From NCBI GenBank assembly GCA_964394465.1, contig CAYMXS010000005.1:5674-69673 (forward strand): a stretch of DNA of 64,000 nt. The letters run 5' to 3'. A program made the position numbers and the translations under genes. Shown one piece after another: positions 56,139-63,722 of the stretch. Under the pieces are notes generated by a model, which was not told the DNA's origin, ran no database searches, and was given only the letters and a program-made list of their open reading frames with translations. Positions within the stretch are counted from its first letter, which is position 1. Every line of letters starts with the position of its first letter. This stretch comes from an uncultured Thermoplasmata archaeon. Its GTDB lineage: Archaea; Thermoplasmatota; Thermoplasmata; Halarchaeoplasmatales; Halarchaeoplasmataceae.

Positions 56139-57421
56139 CTCTCAAGACGGTCTTTAACGTTTTTGAATATGTCTTTTAAACTTTGCTCGTCAGAAGCCTC
56201 GACAGTTATCCTTATCTTCGGTTCCGTTCCAGACGGTCTGACAAGGGCCCATCCCCCTTCGTAGCTTATGCGAACCCCGTCAACGAAGTTCAGCCTCTCT
56301 TTATCGAAGCTCTCTCGGCAGGACGATCTGAATCTATCCATTATCTCTTCCTTTTTGGAGACTTCAAAGGAGAACTTCTTCCTGGGATAGCACGGCATCT
56401 GTTCTATCTTTTTAGGGATGTCTGTAGATCCGAAAAGATCGACCAAGAAGGCGGCGGCGTAAACACCGTCCGGCGCATAACTGATCTCAGGGAATATCCA
56501 CGTCCCGGAGGGCTCACCCCCGAAGTCGGTACCGTGTTCCTTGAGTGCCTGGGCCACGAAGACATCACCTACTTTCGTCCTGATGACATCATCGACAATC
56601 TCATCTATGACCATGGAGGAGTTCACCGGGACCGCAACAGACCCGGAGAACTCCGAGGCGAAGAGTGCCAGGAGAGTATCACCGCCCAAGAAACGTCCTG
56701 AGGAATCGAAAGCGACCATCCTGTCCGCGTCTCCGTCGTGGGCGATGCCCAGGTCCGCTTCGGTTCCCCTCACGAACTGTTTGAGCTCGAGAAGGTTCTC
56801 TTCAGTGGGCTCTGGATCGTGTGAAGGGAAGGTACCGTCGGGGTTTGAATTCAAGGTTTTGACCTCACAGCCCATATCTCTAAGAAGGTACGGCGTGATC
56901 GAACACCCGGCACCGTTGGCACAGTCCAGGGCTACAGTAAGGTCGTGGTCGTCCCCGACTATATCCAGTATAGCTTCTATATGCTGGTCTATTATCTCTC
57001 CCGACTCGGACGTTTTCCCGACCTTGTCCCATGTAGGCAGGGTCTGAGGTTCTTCCACGCTGTCCTCTACGGCCTCCATCTGCCCCGTGTTGAACGAACT
57101 CCCATCTGGGTTCCACATCTTGATACCGTTGTCGGGAGCCGGGTTGTGTGAAGCCGTGACCATCAGGCCACAGTCATGATCTTGTGCCGCGTACGCCAGC
57201 GTTGGAGTCGAGACCATACCGGTCCTTACAACGTCAGCACCTACAGATGTGAGGCCAGCTATCAAACTGCTCTTGACCATATCACTGGTAGGTCTGGGGT
57301 CGTGCCCCAATATAACATCTCTGTATCCTTCTCCGACTGCTCGACCCACTCTCATGGCCAGATCTGGAGTGATCTTCTCATTGACCGGTCCTCTGATACC
57401 AGACGATCCGAATAACTTCAT
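56123..57421 (-). CDS. glmM: Phosphoglucosamine mutase / phosphomannomutase family
   Basis: Active-site loop TASHNPAPDNGIK, metal loop DGDADR, C-terminal RPSGTEPKIR. Confidence 0.9.
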   Translation of the reverse strand: MKLFGSSGIRGPVNEKITPDLAMRVGRAVGEGYRDVILGHDPRPTSDMVKSSLIAGLTSVGADVVRTGMVSTPTLAYAAQDHDCGLMVTASHNPAPDNGIKMWNPDGSSFNTGQMEAVEDSVEEPQTLPTWDKVGKTSESGEIIDQHIEAILDIVGDDHDLTVALDCANGAGCSITPYLLRDMGCEVKTLNSNPDGTFPSHDPEPTEENLLELKQFVRGTEADLGIAHDGDADRMVAFDSSGRFLGGDTLLALFASEFSGSVAVPVNSSMVIDEIVDDVIRTKVGDVFVAQALKEHGTDFGGEPSGTWIFPEISYAPDGVYAAAFLVDLFGSTDIPKKIEQMPCYPRKKFSFEVSKKEEIMDRFRSSCRESFDKERLNFVDGVRISYEGGWALVRPSGTEPKIRITVEASDEQSLKDIFKNVKDRLERCMEE

Positions 57422-57624
57422 TACTATCCCTTTTCTCCCTTCCGATATTTCCAGAAAGAATATAAATCCTTTGTTTTATAGGTGATTGTTCTATCATGCA
57501 AGCTACCCTCCTAGAAAATTATACAAAAGATTAAAATTACACATTACATTAGGGTACTGCGGAATCCATCAAATTCGATAGAAAAACGAATAAAAAATAA
57601 AATTCATTTCACAATGTGGTTTAA

Positions 57625-58404
57625 ATGTCTGAAGAGCAGATGACCATAATACCTGACAGGAAAAGAGAGAGATGCGTCACGGGTATCGAGGGACTCGATA
57701 CCATACTGAACGGGGGTATACCTAGGGGTAATTCTGTGCTCGTGACCGGGAGTTGTGGAACCGGCAAGACTACGATGAGTTTGGAGTTCCTAGTACATGG
57801 GGCGTTGAAGGATGAGAACTGCCTCTTCTTCTCGGTCACCGAGGCCTCTAGAAAGATGTTGAATAATGTAGTCCCCTATGATTTCTTCGAGCAGTCGTTG
57901 GTGGATGAGGGAAAGCTCTCCTTCATCGACATGCCGGACATCTACGAACAGTTGGGCTTGTTAGAGAAGAGCGAGTTCTCGTTCCAGGAGATAGACGAAC
58001 TGGTCGAAGTTATCGGTAAAAAGGTCGAAGAGAAGAATGTAAAAAGATTGGTCATAGACTCCGTCACATCGGTCTGTTTTCAATTAAAAACGGAGGAGAA
58101 GATCCGAGATTTCATCCTGAAACTCATGAAGACCCTCTCATCTCACGGCTGCACATCTCTGCTTGTCTCCGAGATATCTCCGGAGGAACCCCGTTATTCC
58201 CTGTACGGTGTGGAGGAAGCCATCGCGGACGGGATAATCTTGATGGGAAATATGGAGAGGCACGGAGATCTTCTGAGAACATTACAGGTAGTCAAGATGA
58301 GAGGAACCGACCATTCCAGAGCCAAATACGTGCTCGACCTGACACCGGTGGGCGTACTGCTCGTACCACTTTTGAAGGGCGGCGGCATAGAGGGGGTGGA
58401 ATAG
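57625..58404 (+). CDS. KaiC/RecA-like single-domain ATPase
   Basis: GIEGLDTILNGGIPRGNSVLVTGSCGTGKTT (Walker A) and RLVIDSVTS (Walker B). 259 aa. Confidence 0.85.
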   Translation: MSEEQMTIIPDRKRERCVTGIEGLDTILNGGIPRGNSVLVTGSCGTGKTTMSLEFLVHGALKDENCLFFSVTEASRKMLNNVVPYDFFEQSLVDEGKLSFIDMPDIYEQLGLLEKSEFSFQEIDELVEVIGKKVEEKNVKRLVIDSVTSVCFQLKTEEKIRDFILKLMKTLSSHGCTSLLVSEISPEEPRYSLYGVEEAIADGIILMGNMERHGDLLRTLQVVKMRGTDHSRAKYVLDLTPVGVLLVPLLKGGGIEGVE

Positions 58405-58406
58405 AC

Positions 58407-58982
58407 ATGCTGAAGCCCTCTGAACTTGCCGATAAACTGGAGACCATCGAGCCAGGTTCTGCAATAGCCTTAAAATTCGACGTTGATTCCTACTTCGATA
58501 TCGTTACCACCTTGACAGACGATTTTCCGGGGAACAGGGACATGCAGGTGATCTACACGTCCTCGACGATCTCATCCCAGACCACGATCCAGGTGTTGAA
58601 AGCCTTCGATATAGACAGGAGCGATATCAGATTCGTGGATGCGGTCTCTTACATGACAATGGGGTCTGCGGAAAAGGCGGAAGGCGTGACGTACGTGGAA
58701 AGCCCGACCATGCTCGAGAACATAATGCTCAAGATCGAGTACCTCTTCAAGAAGTACCCCAGCGAAGAGAACACCGTGGTGATAGACTCCATAGATTCCT
58801 TAGCGATACATAACAACAACAGGATCCTCTCAGAGTTCCTCCACATCCTGATATCGAACCTCAGGTCTTACGACTGCTACACCATAATACTCTCTGGCTT
58901 CGAGCAGGAATCCGAGGAGATAGACAACATGCTGGCCATGGTGTGCGACGACGTCCTGGAAGTCAAAGCGTCAGAGGACTAG
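58407..58982 (+). CDS. Walker-A-less KaiC/RecA-like (DUF835-like) paralog
   Basis: Starts 2 nt after the KaiC-like stop. Colinear with the RecA-like fold (SAIALKFDVDS in place of the P-loop, then VVIDSIDSL and CYTIILSG strands), but has no GxxGxGKT. Confidence 0.55.
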   Translation: MLKPSELADKLETIEPGSAIALKFDVDSYFDIVTTLTDDFPGNRDMQVIYTSSTISSQTTIQVLKAFDIDRSDIRFVDAVSYMTMGSAEKAEGVTYVESPTMLENIMLKIEYLFKKYPSEENTVVIDSIDSLAIHNNNRILSEFLHILISNLRSYDCYTIILSGFEQESEEIDNMLAMVCDDVLEVKASED

Positions 58983-59049
58983 TTTTTAAGTCTGAAGTTG
59001 ATGAATCACGATAAAACATAAATAATTTATACTCGCATAGGCTTAACAC

Positions 59050-59071
59050 GGGACGTAAAAGTCTCAGGAGG
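59050..59071 (+). promoter_or_regulatory. Leader hairpin plus SD upstream of pilin paralog 1
   Basis: GGGAC-gtaaaa-GTCTC (5 bp including one G-U), followed directly by AGGAGG, 9 nt before the ATG. An A/T box aaataatttatac lies about 25-30 nt upstream. Confidence 0.5.
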
Positions 59072-59080
59072 ACCAAACTT

Positions 59081-59575
59081 ATGAGAAAAATAAAAAGAGA
59101 AGACGAAGGTGTGTCGCCCGTTATAGCTACCATCCTTATGGTGGCTATAACCGTGGTTCTGGCAGCGACCTTATACATGATGCTGCCCAAAAGCCAAGAC
59201 ACCGAAACGACTGAAGCGATGTCCGGTAGGGTCAACGAAGTCAGTGACGGTTGGATAATACAGATAGACGCTGGTTCAGTTACTTGGGGCTCAGACAAAC
59301 CAATGATGTACAATACTAGCTCTGGTGCATCTTATAGCCTGAGCGCTGGGACAGACGCTAGCTCGTTTACCGGTCAATCACTGAATATTGATACAAATAG
59401 CGCCGACGAGGTTGAACTAACCTTCAATGATAATAATAACAACCAGAAAATAGACGGTGGAGACAGCTTTAAGATAACATACCTCGACGGTACTGCCGAT
59501 TTCTCCCAAGACTATATCCAGGATCACTATGAGTTCAGAATCTCCGGAACCAACCTAGCTGTTCCATTGGCATAA
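59081..59575 (+). CDS. Archaeal type IV pilin-like protein (class III signal peptide), paralog 1
   Basis: MRKIKREDEG-VSPVIATILMVAITVVLAATLYMM N-terminus. The C-terminal domain is shared with paralogs 2 and 3. Confidence 0.85.
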   Translation: MRKIKREDEGVSPVIATILMVAITVVLAATLYMMLPKSQDTETTEAMSGRVNEVSDGWIIQIDAGSVTWGSDKPMMYNTSSGASYSLSAGTDASSFTGQSLNIDTNSADEVELTFNDNNNNQKIDGGDSFKITYLDGTADFSQDYIQDHYEFRISGTNLAVPLA

Positions 59576-59601
59576 GATAGACACACCAAACTTGAAAACC
59601 C

Positions 59602-59627
59602 TTTCTTTTTTCTTTTGTTTTTGATTT
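59602..59627 (+). terminator. Oligo-T terminator after pilin paralog 1
   Basis: tttcttttttcttttgtttttgattt lies 27 nt after the stop. Archaeal RNAP terminates at T tracts. Confidence 0.5.
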
Positions 59628-59747
59628 CGTGCTCTAGTTTACTAAAACCAATCCGCGACTGTATTCTATTTTGATCTCTACAACTAAAGAAGATTTTTGA
59701 TAAATATGCATAATCCTTAAATAATTAAAGTGAGGATGATTTTTATT

Positions 59748-59769
59748 GGGGCGTAAAAGTCCCAGGAGG
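59748..59769 (+). promoter_or_regulatory. Leader hairpin plus SD upstream of pilin paralog 2
   Basis: GGGGC-gtaaaa-GTCCC (5 bp; the G-U position differs from paralog 1, so the pairing is preserved), followed by AGGAGG, 9 nt before the ATG. Confidence 0.5.
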
Positions 59770-59778
59770 ACTTAACCT

Positions 59779-60300
59779 ATGAGGGAGATAAAAAGAGACA
59801 CCTCTGGTGTGTCTCCAGTTATAGCTACCATCCTCATGGTGGCTATAACGGTGGTTCTGTCCGCCACCCTGTATATGATGATCGATCCGGGGGACCAAAC
59901 AGAACCACCAGAAGCCATGTCTGGCAGGATAAACTCTGTCAGCGATGGTTGGGTCGTACAGGTAGACGCCGGCTCGGTATCCTGGAACACGGAGAAACCT
60001 ATATTCTATAACGTGAGTTCCGGCGCATCCTATAAGACCAGTGGCACGGGAGACTTCGAAGCGGACACGGTAGCAAATGCAGCACAGTTCGACGTGAACG
60101 GAGGCGGTACAGCCGATCTCTGGGTACTGTGGAACGACAACAACGACAACGACGACATAGACGGTGGAGACAGCTTCAAGATAACGTACAACGACGATAC
60201 CAGTACTATCTCCGGTGAGGCAGATATCTCAAAAGGATACCTGGAGAACCACTACGAGTTCCGGCTGTCCAACACCAATCTAGGCGTTTCGCTGGGCTGA
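59779..60300 (+). CDS. Archaeal type IV pilin-like protein, paralog 2
   Basis: MREIKRDTSG-VSPVIATILMVAITVVLSATLYMM. SGRINSVSDGWVVQVDAGSVSW is shared with paralog 1. Confidence 0.85.
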   Translation: MREIKRDTSGVSPVIATILMVAITVVLSATLYMMIDPGDQTEPPEAMSGRINSVSDGWVVQVDAGSVSWNTEKPIFYNVSSGASYKTSGTGDFEADTVANAAQFDVNGGGTADLWVLWNDNNDNDDIDGGDSFKITYNDDTSTISGEADISKGYLENHYEFRLSNTNLGVSLG

Positions 60301-60330
60301 GGTAACAAAAGATTCAACCATCCAAAACCT

Positions 60331-60350
60331 CTTCCTCTTTTTATTTTTTC
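60331..60350 (+). terminator. Oligo-T terminator after pilin paralog 2
   Basis: cttcctctttttattttttc lies about 30 nt after the stop. Confidence 0.5.
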
Positions 60351-60462
60351 AAGAATTTCCTGAATATAAACTCGTAACTCCTCTTGGGCACTTTTTATCA
60401 TTTCCATTACTATGTTTTGATTAATTGTCCTAACAAATAAATAAGCCATATACCTATGTTCA

Positions 60463-60488
60463 CCTGTAGGTTAGAAACCTACAGGAGG
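60463..60488 (+). promoter_or_regulatory. Leader hairpin overlapping SD upstream of pilin paralog 3
   Basis: CCTGTAGG-ttagaaa-CCTACAGG is a perfect 8-bp stem whose 3' arm supplies the first 3 nt of AGGAGG. 10 nt before the ATG. Confidence 0.55.
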
Positions 60489-60498
60489 ACTCAACCCT

Positions 60499-60951
60499 AT
60501 GATTAAAAGAAGATTGGATAAAAAAGCCGTTTCCCCCGTGATAGCTACCATCCTGATGGTCGCTATCACCGTGGTCTTGTCCGCCACCCTGTATATGATG
60601 ATATCTACCGAGGACAAACCGGAGCAGACCAAAGCCTTGGCCGGTGACCTGAAAGAGGTACAGTACGGATGGCTGATAGAGATACACAGCAGTTCAGGCG
60701 TTCTGTATGACAAGGACAAAGTGCAGATATACAACCCCCAAACGGGTGCAGTTCTAGAGAATGTGACTGAATTTACTGGGGATGGTAATCCACCAGATAT
60801 CGACAGCGACATACATGTCAAGTTCAGGGACAACGACGGCAACGGAGAGATCACCCAAGGCGATACCTTCGTTATCGGAGACCAAAGCGACTACCTAGAG
60901 GACAAGTATAAGTTCAGGATAGACCAGACCACGCTATCTATAAAATTCTAA
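60499..60951 (+). CDS. Archaeal type IV pilin-like protein, paralog 3
   Basis: MIKRRLDKKA-VSPVIATILMVAITVVLSATLYMM. More diverged C-terminal domain carrying DNDGNGEITQGD. Confidence 0.85.
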   Translation: MIKRRLDKKAVSPVIATILMVAITVVLSATLYMMISTEDKPEQTKALAGDLKEVQYGWLIEIHSSSGVLYDKDKVQIYNPQTGAVLENVTEFTGDGNPPDIDSDIHVKFRDNDGNGEITQGDTFVIGDQSDYLEDKYKFRIDQTTLSIKF

Positions 60952-60954
60952 AAT

Positions 60955-60980
60955 TCTTTCTCTTTTTTATTTAGCTTTTC
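60955..60980 (+). terminator. Oligo-T terminator after pilin paralog 3
   Basis: tctttctcttttttatttagcttttc lies immediately after the stop. Confidence 0.5.
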
Positions 60981-61052
60981 AACCTATTTTTCCTTGTAAA
61001 ACTTCAAAAAAGCTTTATATTGTGTTCCACTTCTATAAAATAGGGATTGAAC

Positions 61053-61313
61053 ATGGCTAAGAAGAAATCAACTAAATCTAAGAAAAGGGGAGATCAGAGG
61101 AAGAAATCAGCCAAGAAGAAAGCAGACAGAGCTAAGCAGCTCAAGAAACAGGCGAAGTACCAGAAGAAAGCGGCGAAGGAAGACAAGAAGATAGCGAAAT
61201 ACGAGAAGAAGATAGAGAAATACCAGGACAAGATCAAGAAGCACAGGAAGAAGAAAAAGAAGTACGAGAAGAAAGCTAGACAGGCCAACCCCCGAAAATC
61301 CAGCACGACCTGA
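61053..61313 (+). CDS. Small, extremely Lys-rich basic protein (function unknown)
   Basis: 86-88 aa, about 45% Lys, with a recurring KYxKK pattern. An A/T box aaagctttatattg lies about 30 nt upstream. Strong purine strand bias. Coding status is not certain. Confidence 0.45.
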   Translation: MAKKKSTKSKKRGDQRKKSAKKKADRAKQLKKQAKYQKKAAKEDKKIAKYEKKIEKYQDKIKKHRKKKKKYEKKARQANPRKSSTT

Positions 61314-61342
61314 ATGTTATCAAAGAGCCAGCCATAACCGCC

Positions 61343-62614
61343 TTATCCTTTTTTATCCTTTAGTTCCTCGATTATCTCTTTTGCTCTATCAGCTCTGACG
61401 TTGCCTTCATCAACCATCTGTTGGGCCACTTCATCCACTATATCTTCATCCGCACCGGCGGATATAGCAACGTTCTTCGCATGCAGCTTCATGTGACCTT
61501 TCTGGATGCCTTCAGAAGCGAGCGCTCTCAGCGCACCGAAGTTCTGTGCCAGGCCCACGGAGGCCATCACTTTACCCAGCTCCTGACTGTTCTCGACCCC
61601 TAAGACCTCAAGGTTTGCCTGGGCACCTGGATGGGAAGAAGTCGCTCCTCCTATTATACCGACGGGGACCGGTATCTCGATGCTCCCAACCAGGTCTCCC
61701 TTCTCATCTTTCTCCCACTGCGTCAACGGTCTGTACGTACCATCCACGGAGGCGTAGGAGTGAGCTCCGGCTTCGACCGCTCTAGAGTCGTTTCCTGTGG
61801 CGTTAACAACCGCGGTCACACCGTTCATTATGCCCTTGTTATGGGTCGCACATCTATACGGGTCCACGCGAGCGAATTCGTACGCGTGAAGTATCCCTTC
61901 GATTGTTTCTTCACCTAGATCCTCCTCGCTGAAAACCGCCCTAGCCCTGGCTAAACGATGCTCTGCGAGATTCGAAAGTATCCTTAGATAGACTTTTCCT
62001 CCCGTCAATTCCTCCACCTTCGGGGCCAGTGCCTCGGCCATGGTATTCACTGCGTTGGCTCCCATGGCGTCCCTACAGTCGACCAGAAGATGTATGACAA
62101 GGTAGGAGCCGAACCTACAGTCCATAACCCTGCACTCTATCTCTTTAGCTCCACCGCCGTGCTCTACCAGCACTGGATCCTGTTCATTCGCCAGTTCCAA
62201 GAGTTCCTCTTCATTCTCGAATATTTTGGCCCTCGCATTGTGAGGGTCCGACAGACCAGTGACCTGTATCTGGGATATCATGACCGGCTCAGTAATGGAA
62301 GCGTGAAAACCGCCGGTCTTCCTAGCCAACTTAGCGGCATAGGAAGCCGCAGCGACCACGGAAGACTCCTCGATGACCATCGGCACCAGGAAATCCTCCT
62401 CGTCTATCGTAAAATTGGTCGCTATCCCGACCGGAAGTTCATAAGTCCCTATAACGTTCTCTATCAGACGGTCCGCTTCTTCGTTAGACAATCCTTCACC
62501 GGTTATCGGCTCTATATCCTCCCTATCTATCTCCCCACTCTGGACCAACTGTTCGATCCTACTGTCCAAGTCCTTCTTGTGAAAACCAGACAAACGTGAA
62601 TTCTCTACGGGCAT
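61343..62614 (-). CDS. hmgA: HMG-CoA reductase, class II-type
   Basis: ENVIGTYELPVGIATNF, DAMGANAVNTMAE and QKGHMKLHAKNVA motifs. I chose the start at internal ATG 62614 (MPVENSRLSGFHKK...), because the track extension adds 27 residues with no counterpart. Confidence 0.9.
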   Translation of the reverse strand: MPVENSRLSGFHKKDLDSRIEQLVQSGEIDREDIEPITGEGLSNEEADRLIENVIGTYELPVGIATNFTIDEEDFLVPMVIEESSVVAAASYAAKLARKTGGFHASITEPVMISQIQVTGLSDPHNARAKIFENEEELLELANEQDPVLVEHGGGAKEIECRVMDCRFGSYLVIHLLVDCRDAMGANAVNTMAEALAPKVEELTGGKVYLRILSNLAEHRLARARAVFSEEDLGEETIEGILHAYEFARVDPYRCATHNKGIMNGVTAVVNATGNDSRAVEAGAHSYASVDGTYRPLTQWEKDEKGDLVGSIEIPVPVGIIGGATSSHPGAQANLEVLGVENSQELGKVMASVGLAQNFGALRALASEGIQKGHMKLHAKNVAISAGADEDIVDEVAQQMVDEGNVRADRAKEIIEELKDKKG

Positions 62615-62748
62615 GGCTATCGGGTCTTGTAAGACCAAACGGGTATAATAATATTTAGGATTCGTACAGTTCACAGATTGAACAGATCTCTTCAAACCAT
62701 CAAAAGATTTATTATGATATTCATTTCTTACCCACCAAAGTGGTATGG

Positions 62749-63423
62749 ATGATAAGGGAATGTGAGGAGCATGGCTATTACAGGGGCGACGAATGCCCGG
62801 AATGTGGGAGCAGAGGCAGATTTATAATGAGCGACGAAGAGAGCAAGAACCTGGGTAAGACCACTGCAGGTATCCTTCGTCACTTTCCAGATAAATACGG
62901 CCTAGAGATGGACGACCGGGGATGGGTGGACCTAGAACACTTCGTCAAATCACTGCGTAACCGTCAGAAAAGATTCCACTGGCTGAGAAAGTATCATGTC
63001 AAAGCCCTGGCGGGGACCGACGACAAGGGACGTTATCAAGAAGAAGACGGGTATGTCAGAGCAACATATGGTCATTCGGTGGAGGTAGACCTTGATCTTC
63101 CCTCCGAAGACATACCAGACAAACTTTTCGCACCTACGACGGAAAAAGAAGCTGATCTTCTGATGGAAGGCGGCATCAGACCTTCCGATAGGGCCTACGT
63201 TCATTTAAGCGGTACCTATGAATCCGCGGTGGAAGCTGGGGCCGTAAGAAGCGACAATCCAGTCATACTAGAAGTCGATGCGGAGAAAGCCATGGAAGAG
63301 GGGCAGGCGATAATGGAAGCCGGAAAGGGCGTCTATATCACCAAAGAGATACCAGCTGATTGCCTGGAGAAGTACGAAGAACAACCTACGGAAGAAGAGA
63401 TAGAAGAAGCGAAAGACGAATAA
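62749..63423 (+). CDS. kptA: RNA 2'-phosphotransferase (KptA/Tpt1) with an N-terminal zinc ribbon
   Basis: LGKTTAGILRHFPDKYGLEMDDRGWVDLEHF and ATYGHSV motifs. N-terminal CEEH...CPECG. ATG 62749 preferred over the track GTG at 62740. Confidence 0.85.
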   Translation: MIRECEEHGYYRGDECPECGSRGRFIMSDEESKNLGKTTAGILRHFPDKYGLEMDDRGWVDLEHFVKSLRNRQKRFHWLRKYHVKALAGTDDKGRYQEEDGYVRATYGHSVEVDLDLPSEDIPDKLFAPTTEKEADLLMEGGIRPSDRAYVHLSGTYESAVEAGAVRSDNPVILEVDAEKAMEEGQAIMEAGKGVYITKEIPADCLEKYEEQPTEEEIEEAKDE

Positions 63424-63446
63424 AAAACCTTTTTCTTTTCATCGAT

Positions 63447-63662
63447 CTATTCTGGGTTCAGCGTTACGACGTTGTTACCCCTCAAAACGATGGTACCTAT
63501 CTTTCTGTGAGAGTCCTCTTTCCTTTCCTCGGTCTCTTCCAGTACTAAATTCATATGATCGTCGTAGCCCACCAAAGTACCTTTCAAGATGCTACCGTCC
63601 TTTAGGAGGAGTTCGACTTTTTCACCCAAGTTCTCATTTAGAAATCCTGAAGGTTTTACCAT
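63447..63662 (-). CDS. Sm-like archaeal protein (SmAP/LSm)
   Basis: Sm1/Sm2 motifs: LKDGSILKGTLVGYDDHMNLVLEE and IVLRGNNVVTLNP. Confidence 0.9.
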   Translation of the reverse strand: MVKPSGFLNENLGEKVELLLKDGSILKGTLVGYDDHMNLVLEETEERKEDSHRKIGTIVLRGNNVVTLNPE

Positions 63663-63722
63663 TATACCACACTTACCTGTTGAATTCTTTTAAACGCGGA
63701 CTATCAATTCCCTTTTACTATT

